Of a stretch of DNA of 64,000 nt, positions 1-12,215 are shown piece after piece. The position numbers and the translations under genes are program-made. The stretch comes from Lama glama. Taxonomy: Eukaryota. The notes under the pieces were generated by a model. That model saw only the letters and a program-made list of their open reading frames with translations, ran no database searches and was not told where the DNA came from. Location: positions 69,876,001-69,940,000 of the forward strand of contig CM052817.1 of NCBI GenBank assembly GCA_028534125.1. The letters run 5' to 3'. The stretch's first letter is position 1, and the number at the start of each line of letters is the position of its first letter.

Positions 1-764
1 TTTTCCCCTGTTCATTCTCAGAGTAGTGTCACAAAGCTAACTGACAACCCACCCATTTCCCTAATTTAAATCTATCATACTTATACAGCTGTGGGGCCTA
101 GAGCCAGATGTGGGACCTATGATGGTCTGGCAAGGACTCTTTTCCATGTTACTTTTGTTGGGAAAGTATTTCACAAATATGCATGATAATTTTTTAGTAA
201 ACAGTGGATCTTCTTTTCAGTTTTCAAAAAGTTTTAGTAAAAATATTTAACCAATTTTATGGGTGTTTCTGAAATAGAATGCCATGACTCACAAGGCACC
301 CTTGTTTCTGTAAGCATGCTAATGCCTATCCATTTTAGGTAGGAAGACTTTTACAAGTAAGGTGAGCTCTAAGACTGTTAATAAAGAAAAGCTCAGATGT
401 CTTGGTCTCTGAAAAAAACTTTTTTAGACATGAAATTCCTTAACTAAACTGGATCCTGTTAACATAGCAATATACTTATATTATAAATTTAATATGGTGC
501 TTTATTAATTACAATAACTATAATTAAATGGCAGATATGGGGAACAAGGAAATACTTAACAGGCTCTTTCCCTGTTCTCCCCACCACGAGAGGAGAATTA
601 TATATTGATTTTTTTCCTAAGTTTATACACTTGCAAAATTATGAAGATTTAAAATATGTATCTCTCTTTTTAAAAGAGAATTTGTCCCTTTATCTTCTTC
701 ACTGCTGACCTGCTTTTTCACTGCTTTTTCTCTGCTGGCCTCTAATACATAATAGCACTAGAGA

Positions 765-965
765 TGGTGGTGTGGAATTAAGAACAGGGTCTCCTCAGGT
801 CAAATTCCTGGTTCAAATCTAAGCTCTGCCAGTTCCTACCTGTCTGACCTTAGGCATATCACTTTATCTCAGTTTCTTTTCTTTAAAATCTTTTCAAGCA
901 TTGTTACGGGATTAATTAGATAATACACAGGGCACAGTACCTGGCACCTAGGTAACATTTAATGA
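765..965. mobile_element. MIR SINE
   Basis: ctggttcaaatctaagctctgcc..tgaccttaggca..tctcagtttc..cctggcacctagg. Confidence 0.65.
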
Positions 966-3900
966 GAACGATGATATTGTGGCTATTTTTATTGTACAGC
1001 TTGACTTTCTAATGGCTTTTGGTGGCAACTGGGTTTTCTTTTTTAAGGACTGAGAAAGCCTTGATGTCTGTTAAGAAACTCATCAGCTCTTTTGTTTCCA
1101 TTGATATACAATTCCGTTTCAGGACCTAGTTTTTCTTAAGCCTTTAAATAATGTGTAAATCTCTTTGATTCATCATTTGCAGTTTGTAAATGTTAGCAAC
1201 ATATTTTCTTCGATCAATGTTTAACCTCTGTTTTCAACAATTATATCTTTTTAAAGATTAAAACTCACATATAAACTCAGATAAGTTTCCTTAATTTTTA
1301 AACTATGTTTACACATTTAATACATCTTATCTTCTTAACGTCTCCAAATGCACAACCAGGGCAATACCGACATTTAGCAAGCCAAGCATTTCCAAGGCCA
1401 TCAACAGGAGCCCATGTCTGTGCTGAGTCTCCTCTGCAGGATGCTGTCTGTGAGCCTCAGGTCAGAACTGCTGGGGGAGACCTGGGAGTTGGCCACTTCC
1501 TGGAGCCTAGAATCGGTCACGTGGTCCCTTTACTATTTTTGATAAACCATAATCTCAGATATGAATTACTGAGGTTCTTCTTCTCCTGTTCAGATCTAAG
1601 TTTTACTTAAAATCAGTTACTGCACCTTTGTACTATTAATGTACTTGTCTCACAGTTTTGTAGTTATTGTATCAAAATACAGTATTTTACAATATTAAGA
1701 TGGCTGTAATTTATTTAATCCCCCTGTTGTTGGATATTAAGCTATTTCTAATTTTTTCCTGTAAATAGCTGTGTTGAAAACCATACTTGTGGAGATACTT
1801 TGCATACATCCTTATTTCTTTGGGGTAAATTCCCAAAACAGAATAACTGGGTACTATTATACCAATATTAGTTACCTGCTATAGTCTAATACCTGCTGGT
1901 ACAACCCTTCTACTGCTGCTCTCATTTCCACTCCCTGATGAACTTTAGAATCATTCTGCCAAATTACGGAAAAAATACTATTGGGATTATTAGGAAAAAA
2001 TGACCAATGTTGTATATTAATACATTCAGGTTGAACCCTTTATAGTATGATAGAGGTGATAGAAATAAAACATAGACGCAAAATTATGTATTTTCTTGTA
2101 ATTTGACAGAAAGATTCTGAAGTTCCTTTAGGGATGAAAAGATGGAGGACTTTTTTCACAATAGATATCAGAACACATCTTACACAGCTAAAATTGTGAT
2201 ATGGCATTGAAAGAGCATAGCCCTATATTTCTGCTCCTATTGTTGAACAATTTCTCTCCCCAAAATCAAACGGGTACTGAGTTTTATCAAATGTCCCTTT
2301 GACCTCACTCAAGACGATCATATCTTTTCTTTTTACATCTGTTTGTATTTGATTACAATTATTTTCTAATTTGAAACCTTCCTTGCATTTCTGGAGTAAA
2401 TCATACTTAGTTCTTAAAAAAAAAAAGGAAAGAGACCTAGCAAACACTGTACTAAAAGTTTCAGAGTTTTTCACTTGCCTTTAAAAGGGGGATTAGTCTA
2501 TAGAGATGTTAAAGTTCTAAAATATTTTCGAGACCAACTTCCAGTGTTTTGCAATTGTAAGAGGACTTGGAAAGCTCTTCATCTGCTTTGTCCCCTGGTG
2601 TAGTACCCTAAACAGATGATCTAATGGGGTTGCCATCCATCAAGAGGAACTACTGTGGCTTTTGTCACTTTCCAGATACTTACTGGTAGGAAAGTATCAC
2701 CATAGGAATGAGTGTGTTGTAATCATCTTCTTGATGACAGACATTGCGTCCCAGGTTTGGTTGACACGTGATGAAGGTGCTTTGTATATTTAATCTTAAT
2801 GAAACCCCATGGAAGGTATCAGTCCCGACACTAATGACGATAAATGGGCTTTGCACTCTCAGAGTGCTCTTACTCCCAGGAGCTCAGCGCTCCTCACGAT
2901 TAATTATTTCAGTCATTCTCCTTGTTGTCCCAGGAGGTGGGGGGCTGAATGCGTCCTCATAAAAAAAAAAGTAACTCTTTTCTTCTGTTCTACATTCTAC
3001 ATTCTAGAACTAGGTAGCTACCTTATAAAGGCCATCTGTATGTCCGCTGGTGGACCTCAGTCTCAAAATCACAAGTTTCTTTCACATACGAGTACCAGGC
3101 TCACAGCAAATGTGGAGTAGTAAAGCTGGAGGGAATTTGGATGACAGTTTGGCACGATGCTATGAGTGGTGTAGCCTGAAGTTGGTAAAAAAGAGACAGG
3201 CAGTGGCTGAGTTAGCGCTGGGAACCTCCATTAGAAGTAGTAATCCATGGCACTGAGGGTTGGTTTTGGAGGTATCTTACTGAGGCACCTCTTAATTATA
3301 CTTACTCTTCCTCCAGCATTGTGCTAGGCGACTGCAGGGCATCACTGTCAGCCCTGTTTTACAGAGAGGGGCACTGGTCCTTTCTCACCCTGCTCTAATG
3401 TGTTAGCACCTGGGGGCTTTTCACAGGGACAAGAGAAAGGTCAGATGTCTGAAATTTTCAGTAATACCTCTTCAGCGGTCCTCATCCTCCAGTGACCCTC
3501 TGTTTCTCGCCAAGATAACTTTCCTCTTGCTTTCACTTCAGTACCCACTTGATTCTGGGGAGAGAAAGTATTCAATAGCAGGAACAGGGGTCTATATATA
3601 GCTTTGCTCTTCCATGCCAGTATGACAGTCTGAGCTGTCCGCTCTCTGCAGACACACCTGGTCAGGGGAGCAGGGATCCAGCTAAAGCTGCATTGTAGTC
3701 TGGTGACCACCTCATCCTTCTTCCTTATACAATAGCCAGTCAGTCTTCAAAGTTTTGTCATTTTAGTTCTGTCTCTTCAGTTAGACTGCAAACTCTGTGG
3801 GTGAATGTTCAGGTTGATTTTTTTTCTTTTAAACTCCATTAAATTGCCCCTACATGTATCTCAGCACCGGGACATTTGGGTCCACAATAAACACTTGTGG

Positions 3901-4226
3901 TTGAGCTCTTTGCCATCCACAACTGTCACCAAATACTGCCTGTACATACTGACTGCCATTTTAACTTTTCTTTCCCCTCTCTTCATCGTTAAATAGAGGC
4001 TTAGCTGTCACCACTTTGAGTTTTTATTCCTCCCTGTTTTCCTTTCCTGAAGTTCCCCTGAAAGGGAGTTCTTTAAGATGCAAAGGATTGTGCTTAACTT
4101 GTGCAGTGAACTCTGGGTGGGGACTAATTACGAGGTTGGAAAACCCCTTCAGGTGGCTGGGTTCTGGGGCATGACTAAAATGCGGCTTTCCTAAATTGAG
4201 AACAGCTGGGCTGTGTGGCTAGCGCG

Positions 4227-4337
4227 TATAAAAGAGGTGGCACTGGTGCTCTGTGTTGTGGAGACGTCGTGGCTCTTTGGAGCCTGTGGAGCCTCAGCAG
4301 AGAGCACCTTTCATCACTGGTGTCGTGACGGGTAAGT
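4227..4337 (+). promoter_or_regulatory. SGMS2: Candidate TATA-box promoter and short non-coding alternative first exon of SGMS2
   Basis: GCGCG-TATAAAAG at 4222-4234; consensus donor CGG|GTAAGT at 4331/4332, about 840 bp upstream of the acceptor at 5170. Confidence 0.55.
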
Positions 4338-5415
4338 GCCTGGAGCTGGCCCTCTGGGTGCCCGTTTCTGTTGTTCCGTAGACATTGTGGTGACCTTATC
4401 AAAATGTTGTTAGTTAATAATTTATTGTATTAGTTCTAGTAAGTTTTATTTTATCCTTCCAGTTACAAGTAGAATTTGCTCCCTAAATCCATAGCGAAGG
4501 CTTCGTGGATCTTCTTCACAGTGCTATCTCGAAGGCCAATCGGCTTTTCTTGTGTATGGTCTGCATCCCTGAATATAAAGGGATAAATAGAGGTAGTGCC
4601 ATTTAAAGTATCTTGAACGTGTAGTTCTTGAATGTGTTGTGAAAAGTGGTCACTTAAAAAAAGATCCTAGTTTTTAATAAGAAAATAGAAAGTTGACCAT
4701 TTCGACAAATGTGGAGAATAACAATGATTTAGTGTCTGTAAACAACTCATCACAGTTTTTTATTCTTTAAGGTTCGTAGAAGAGGTGCAGGCTTGGGGAG
4801 GGCTGATGTGAACTCTGGGGAGGTTCTCGCTTACTGTGACTTCACAGGTAGCAACAAGTGCTAGTGTCTGAGGAAGTGTTTGCAATGTTGGGTCCTGACT
4901 TTTATTTAAAGAAATTTCAAAGGAATTGATTATTAAAATGTTCCCATTTACACTGACATCAGCTCCAAAAGAGAAGAACTCCAAGATAAAACAGTTTAAT
5001 GTTTTATAAATAAACTCCATCCCTGCAGCTTGAACTATGTTCTGATGATATATTTATAAAGCAAATGGCTTTGGTATTTGTTTTCTTATTTTGATAATGT
5101 TTTTGTTTTGGATAGTGGACAGTTTGGACAGGCACAATTTCTGAACATAGTTCTGTTTTGTTTTTACAGGTGGGATAGTAACATCTTTGGGGGGAAAGAA
5201 AATTGGCTTCCTTTCCTGAAAGTGGTGAATGTACAGCAGGTGGCCACACGGGAGGAACAATAGCCAGATGGCCACCTTCCATGTCTTGTCCTAGGAAACA
5301 GAATCCCTTGTAAGAGTCCATGTTGATCTTGGAAATAGAAGGATTAAGAAGAGTTGAGTTTCCACAGAGAACAAGAACTTTACCATCTCCTTTTTGATCT
5401 GAAGACTGGGGGACA

Positions 5416-5870
5416 ATGGATGTCATAGAGACTGCAAAGCTTGAAGAACACATGGAAAATCAGACCAGCGATCCCGCAAGCACTTACACACGACCTGCTG
5501 AGCCTGCTGAAGAAGAAAACAAAAGTGGCAATGGTAAACCTAAGAGCTTATCCAACGGGTTGCGGAAGGGCACCAAAAAGTACCCAGACTACATCCAGAT
5601 TGCTATGCCCACTGAGTCCAGGAACAAATTTCCCCTCGAGTGGTGGAAAACGGGCATCGCCTTTGTGTACGCTCTTTTCAACCTCGTCTTGACAACTGTC
5701 ATGATCACGGTTGTGCACGAGAGGGTTCCTCCCAAGGAGCTCAGCCCTCCACTCCCAGACAAGTTTTTTGATTACATAGATCGGGTGAAATGGGCATTTT
5801 CTGTATCAGAAATAAATGGGATTATATTAGTTGGATTATGGATCACGCAGTGGCTGTTTCTGAGATACAA
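5416..5870 (+). CDS. SGMS2: Sphingomyelin synthase 2, coding exon 1 (aa 1-152; exon acceptor probably at 5170)
   Basis: Translates to MDVIETAKLEEH...YIQIAMPTESRNKFPLEWWKT...PPLPDKFFDYIDRVKWAF...LRYK, the SMS2 N-terminus. Donor AA|gtaagt at 5871; upstream acceptor tttttacag|G at 5169/5170. Confidence 0.98.
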
Positions 5871-8800
5871 GTAAGTAAGGTCGAACGTGTTCTGGGGTTT
5901 TTGGGCGGGGGTGGGAGCGGTTTGCTATTAGTTTATATTAAGTGAACAGATGTGTAATTGAAATTCTCTTTCTCGGTTTTATCTGATAAATTCAGTCTTA
6001 TCCTGGCATTTGATGGAAGGAAGCAATAGAAAGAGCTACAGCATTGAATAAATCCAGTCATTATTCAGTTAGCATTTATCAAGCAGCTGTATGAAAGTGG
6101 GAACCACGTATGAAAGTACAGACATACTGTGGTAGATGAGTCAGGGTCTGTAAATTTAAGGTGCCGTTCTGATTTCAAGCAGCTCGGCACTATGGTATTT
6201 GCCTGATAAATCAGGAGGCTTGGAAAGGACGAAGATTCACTTCATCATGCTTGTGTTATTTCAGGCTCTTGACAGGTGGGGAAAGGAGTGGGCTGGGAAG
6301 CTTTTTTCTCCATTGCTCATAATGTGATGACTCTTATCGGTCTATAGTCAATAGCAGGCTTTGAGGTTTGCTCCTTTGCAAGAGTGCTCAAACTTTGCAT
6401 TTCTTTTCCTTTTGCCTATTGATAATCCAATCACAAGAGTTTGTTTAACAAACTGCATTTAGAGCTGGGTCTGTGCGGTTTGGGTTTTATATTTCTAAAG
6501 TAAACACGCCTTCTAGTCTCCCCACACCGTCACAAAGGAGCCTTTAGTTCGCTGGTTTCAGTCTTCCCATTTTAGAATAGTAGGAACCAGGAAGTAGTAA
6601 GCCAGGTACTTTTACTATGAAGACACCTAAAAATAGGACACGGCTCTGCATTGGTTGGTTGTTTCCTTGTGAATTCTGACTGTGAGTCCATAAAAAGCAA
6701 GGCCCCTCAGCATCCCCTTTTCTTCTCAGCCACCATTCAGATGGTCTCTTCTAAGATTCTGGTGATTAAATCGCTAAGATACAAGTTTGATCAAAGCATT
6801 GCCCATAAACTGAGGCTTTTGAAAATGTAACGTATGCTAACATAGTCGATACAATTCAAAGTCAAATAGGATTTCGGTATTAATACCACAAAGATCATTT
6901 TTTAAAGAGGGAATTTATGCTGTATTTTTCTTTCAATTGGTGCTTTGAGATCAGAAGAATTCACTGTCTTTGCTTAAGAGTTTGCAGTTTTGAAAAGTTA
7001 TTCCACAAACTGAAGTCATTCCTAAGCATTTTCTTTAAAATACCTCTCTTAACGTTTCCCTGATATGTATAAGTAAAAGACCTGCCTGTCGGTTGTCTCT
7101 TGCTTAGGAGAAGATCTTTTTGCTGCTGAAGTTGTTAGTTATGCTATGCTTTGTGATAAAAGCCAATAATATTTTTTGTTGAATGTTAGCATTTTTCTTG
7201 TTAGTGTCTAGATTTGGCACTGACTACAAGAGAGACTGCTTGGGCCAAAGATACTTGCTTCCCCCTTTATTTTAGAGCAAAGTTTTATTCACATATGTGT
7301 GAAAAGAGAAATTTTCCAGGGTCCAGTAAGTAGCTGACTTCTATCCTAAATGAAGTACAACTTCAATTTATTTGCATCTTCACCTAGATAATTGTTGTTA
7401 ACTGCCTCTCCATTACCACTTTAGGTTTTACCATGTCAAAACCTGTGGTCACACAGGCCAGCCACACATTTTAATGATAACCACTGTTTTGGTCACAACC
7501 ATCACCAGAAACTTGCGGGGGAAATCACATTAATTTTCCTTTTTACTTTTCAGGTAGAATTGGATCTTATATTTTAGTAACTAGTGGAGTAAGTTTTATA
7601 CTCTTTTGAACACTCCAGCTGAGTAAGAAATGCTACGGGGGAAAAATCATTGGCAGCAGGTCTTTCTCTAAATAAGGCTGCAGAGTACATGTTTCACTTC
7701 TAGGTTAATTTTTATTTCTGAGTACAGCTCAGCTCTGAATACCAGGATGAGTCTAATCGACTCATAATAATTCCTGCTATTACTTCACCCTATAGAGCAC
7801 AATAATTCAGCACTCTTTTCAAACCTGGGGTTGAATCAAAGGGTGAATAGTTTTTCACTTAACCAAATAGAAACGCTCAGCAATATTTTATCACTTGTAA
7901 CTTTTCAGTACTGGAAAAGGCAGAGCTAGAATAGCAAGCCTTTGAAAGAAATGCCTTGCAATAAGTAAATACTTTCAACTAGTCAAGGTGGTGTTTCTGT
8001 CTATATTTTGACCCCAGAAACCCTGAAATATCCTTAAAATAGCTCCTGGAGACCAGCAGGCAGCTAAAATTATATTTGTACATAATTCTTTAAATTAGGA
8101 GTCCTAGCAGTTAACCTGAATTAGACCTTGATCCATGGCAGACCACCGTCTTGGAGAAAACTTAAAAATATGCAACATGCCTGTAACTGTCTGTTTTTCC
8201 AGAGGTTTTTGATCAGTACTAGTTTTGGAAGTCTGAGAGCCCTGAAAACGGGAGACCTAGAATGAGTATATCTTACGTACTAGGGAAGTTACAACTAATA
8301 ATTCTAGGGGCTTTGTGGATCCCACCCATCTCTTGATCCCCAGAGCCCGGAGTTTATAGACCCACCTACAACTGCACAACAGAAAGGGAGTTGCCATCTT
8401 TGCCTGGAAGTGAGGACACTCAGCACTCCTGATGCCCCTTCAGGTACCCGTGACGTCCACTCCACCCTTCCCTTTGGAGGCCCGTGTGCTCAAAGCCAGC
8501 TCTGGGAGCCACTGCCTTAGAGTGAGGGCTCGCTGGTGAAGGACAAGGACTCATGTTAGTCAAGACAGCTGTCTCCACCAGAACATATAAAGTGAGAAGG
8601 GACTTGAGGGGTTTTTTGGGGGTTTTTTGCCCTTTTTAAAAAATCAAGATCAAATAAAGTAAGGGTAAACTAATCAGCTCACAGCCTCACTTTTAAATGT
8701 CCTTAAATGCATGAGGACACACTGAACTTCAGAATGTCATTCTCTGAAAATCTATGTAGTCATAGACAAAATGGTTCATGCCCAAGTTGTCAGAATATTT

Positions 8801-9229
8801 TTGGATGGATTCCCAAATACACCTTGCTTATATAACTGAGGTTAAGCAAGTTGTCCCGTTTCCCTATGTGCCCAATTATGTAGCACCACGTTAGCGCATT
8901 AGTTAATTCCTCTGTGACTGTGGCTCGCTTGCACCTTTGCTGTGTTCTCAAGAGAGAGCTTATTTATGCAATGAGTTGACTGACAGCGTAGAGAGGTTCA
9001 TTGAATTCTCTGGCAAGGAGTGCTGGTGATCTAGAACCCTTGGTCTACTTTTAACTCCCCCACCCCCACAGACTCGTTCCTTTGGGGCCCAGCCCACCTA
9101 GGTTGATTGCAGTATATGAATCTTCGGTTTTGAAAACGGCGATTATTCTTTATTCTGCATTATTTTATATTGCCTTAGGAGAAAAAAAAACAGTAAACCC
9201 ATATCTCCTCGTCCCTATTCTTCCTTTAG

Positions 9230-9347
9230 GTCAATAGTGGGGCGCAGATTCTTTTTTATCATTGGAACTTTATACCTGTATCGCTGCATCACGATGTACG
9301 TCACCACTCTCCCTGTGCCTGGAATGCATTTCCAGTGCGCTCCAAAG
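9230..9347 (+). CDS. SGMS2: SGMS2 coding exon 2 (SIVGRRFFFIIGTLYLYRCITMYVTTLPVPGMHFQCAPK)
   Basis: Acceptor ttcctttag|G, donor AAG|gtaagt; 118 nt, phase-consistent with exon 1. Confidence 0.97.
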
Positions 9348-9614
9348 GTAAGTCCCTCTGAGCTACCATGTGGAGGACATTAAGAAAACAGTCACTGAAC
9401 ACCTGCTCTCTGTTGGACACTCTTCTAGGCACATTCATATGTGCTAATGGAAATGCAGCATATTTTCTGGTTTTCTTTATTTCTGTATTTTGAGAGGAGA
9501 AATTAAGATGTGTTCATAACATTTATATCTTTGTGCATAAAAAATGCATTTTCTACTAACTGGAAGTTACTATTGGGTCTTTGGCTTTTTTTTTGAACAC
9601 ACTCAATTTTTCTT

Positions 9615-9885
9615 TTTAATTTTTTTAATTGAAGTTAGTCAGTTTACAGCATGTCAATTTCTGGTGTGCAGCATGATGTTTCAGTCATACATATACACAC
9701 ATATTTGTTTGCATATTCTTTTCATTATAGGTTACTACAAGATATGAAACATAGTTCCCTGTGCTGTACAGAAGAAACTTGATGTTTATCTATTTTATAT
9801 ATAATAGTATTTTCAAATCTCAAACTCCCAATTTATCCCTTTCCCCCATGGTGACCGTAAGTTTTTTTCTATGTCTGTGTGACTC
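9615..9885 (-). mobile_element. 5'-truncated L1 3' end
   Basis: poly-T then ttaattgaagt..tttcattataggttactacaagatat..gttccctgtgct. Confidence 0.8.
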
Positions 9886-9904
9886 TTTACTTTTTGCCTT
9901 CTCA

Positions 9905-10560
9905 CTTACTTATTCATTCATGCTCATTTCTAAAGTTTTAAGCTGCTGTTACATACCAGGGGCTGTGTAACACCAATGACCAAAACAAAGTTCTCCTCCT
10001 CCAAGGGCTGATATTCTTACTGAAGGATGACAACTGGTAAATCATAGTTTGTCACATGGTGGTAAGTCAGGTGGCTGTCAGATGAAGAACAGTAAAGTTG
10101 AGTAAGGGTGAGAGGGACTGTGAGAGTAGGAGCTATTCTGTAGAGTCGTCCAGAGAAGCTTCTTCAGTAAGAAAGCTTTGGGGCAACCAAGATGAAGGAG
10201 TGAGCCACGTGGATAGGGTGAGAGCTCCAGGACGAGGAAATAATAGCTTAGTCACAGTGTTCAGGGAAGAGCAGGGGGGAAGAGCAGGGGGACCAGTGTG
10301 GCTGCGCAGAGCTGTGGAGCATTGAGGTGATGGAGCCACAGGTCCCACGGGGCCATCATGGCCCATTGTAGGAACTTGAACCTTGGTGGTGGCAGTGGGA
10401 GTGAGGAGGAGTTGTTCGATTTCAGGATACGTCTTGAAGGTAGGGCCAACAGGATGTGCTCATAAGTTGGATGTGGGTTTAGGAGAAAGAAGTCAAGGAT
10501 GATCTCAAAGTTTTTAGTAACTGGAGTGACAGTGTGGCCTTTTGCTGAGGTGGAGCGTGA
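9905..10560 (-). mobile_element. L2 fragment
   Basis: ttcattcat.. start; ggatgtgggt..agaagtcaaggatgatc typical of L2. Confidence 0.6.
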
Positions 10561-12122
10561 GAATGGATACTGAAACTGTCTTCAGCAGGATTTGTAGTTT
10601 CTCCAGGTAGAGTCATTTGGCGAGAGAGCTGTGAATCATCTCAGACCCCAGTGTGCCCTGGTTTGTAAAAAAAGGAAACTTGCAAATCATGTGCTTTTTG
10701 GACAAGGGAATGAAGTCCAGCATATTTTACTGAACACTAAGCAGACGTCCAAGGTGGAAGGAAAAACAGAGCTGTTCTGAAGAAGCCAACAGTCTCCTTC
10801 ACCAAATTTAGGTGTGGTTTGGAGAAGCTGTGTTTTCCCAAAGCCATCAAAGCAGAGAGTGTCTGTAATTAAAACAGTGTACATGTTGAATTTAAACACC
10901 GGCTGGTTTTTAGTGAAACTAATCTTGGGCACGAGAGAAGTTCAGAAGCATAATAAACAACTCTAAGGGGTTATTACAATGGGCTTTGAAGAAATGGCCA
11001 CAGAAAAGAAGGCAAACCCACCCTAGTAATGGGTCAGGTTTGCAGGAATGAATTGCTATGATTACAGAAAGAAAGAAAATTAAAGATTATCTTCTGTAGA
11101 AAAGTTGCAATTTTCAGAGGTCACATGAGTAAATGTCCTGCTGAATAACCAGGCTACAGATACTCACCACGGGCGCCCTGGGACCATCCTCACTAATCAG
11201 CACCCGTGTTCAGTTGTCAAGACCTAAGACCTCTCCCCGAAGCATCCTCCAGCTATCAGTGCCTGGACTGTGGTTCAGTAAAACAAACACAAATCATTTT
11301 GTTTGGCTTAGATGACGTGGTGCGCTAGAACAGGAGTCCGAGCTGCATTTTCAGTGTGGTTCCGCCAGGAGCTTTGAGTGCTCCTTAGATTTTTTGTGGT
11401 TACAAAGCCATTAGATCATCTACCTGTCTCCTTTGCTGCTGACACTGTAGAATGTCCTCAGTGACCAAGAGCAATGGCAGACCCGTGTATGCTGGAACCA
11501 CTTGCTATCGGAAGGTGTCTGACCTAGTCATTGATGCCTGATATCGCTTGTCACTCGCTGGATGTGATCACAAAAGCCCCCGCAGTGATAGGCTCTGGGT
11601 GAAATCCTCTGCTCTCAGTTTCCCCCTCCTCTAGCCTCTGGTTTACTTTAAGTCCTTTGCTTACAATTAGCTTCAACCTACCAACCCAAGCTTCGGTTTG
11701 TAGTCACAAAATTTGTGTTCTAAAAATTGTGTTTTTAGATAAATGTTGACCTAGTTATTAGGACTCACATGAAGTGATTTAGCTTTTCAAATCCATTTTG
11801 CCACAGGAACGTTGGGCCAGCATAGCTACATTCCTTTCCCGGAGAAAGTGCCCCTCTCATCCTGGCCATAGGTGTCCAAAGGTCTTCTCTTCTAAATTGA
11901 AGGGGTGGTTTGGAGGGTAAGGTTTCTGGTTTGGCAGCAGCCAAGTTGGGCTCTCTTGTACCTGATTTATTTTTGTGGGAAGTAGTGTGTGGAGGTCACA
12001 GTTTGAAGAACCCTTGAACACTGAACCCTGTCTGCTTTGGCTGTTCTGACTTATGCTGCTTCTCTTAGTTTTCTGCGTCTTCAATTCTACATCCAGGCAT
12101 AGCACGGAATGGGTCTGAAAAA

Positions 12123-12215
12123 GGAGGGCATAGCTAGAGGCGGGAGGGCAATAGCACATGCTTAGCATGCACAGGGTCCTGGGTTCAATCTCTCATTCCT
12201 CAACTAAAAAAAAAA
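12123..12215 (+). mobile_element. Degenerate short Vic-1-like SINE
   Basis: ggagggcatagct...catgcttagcatgcacagggtcctgggttcaatc followed by an A-tail. Confidence 0.75.
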
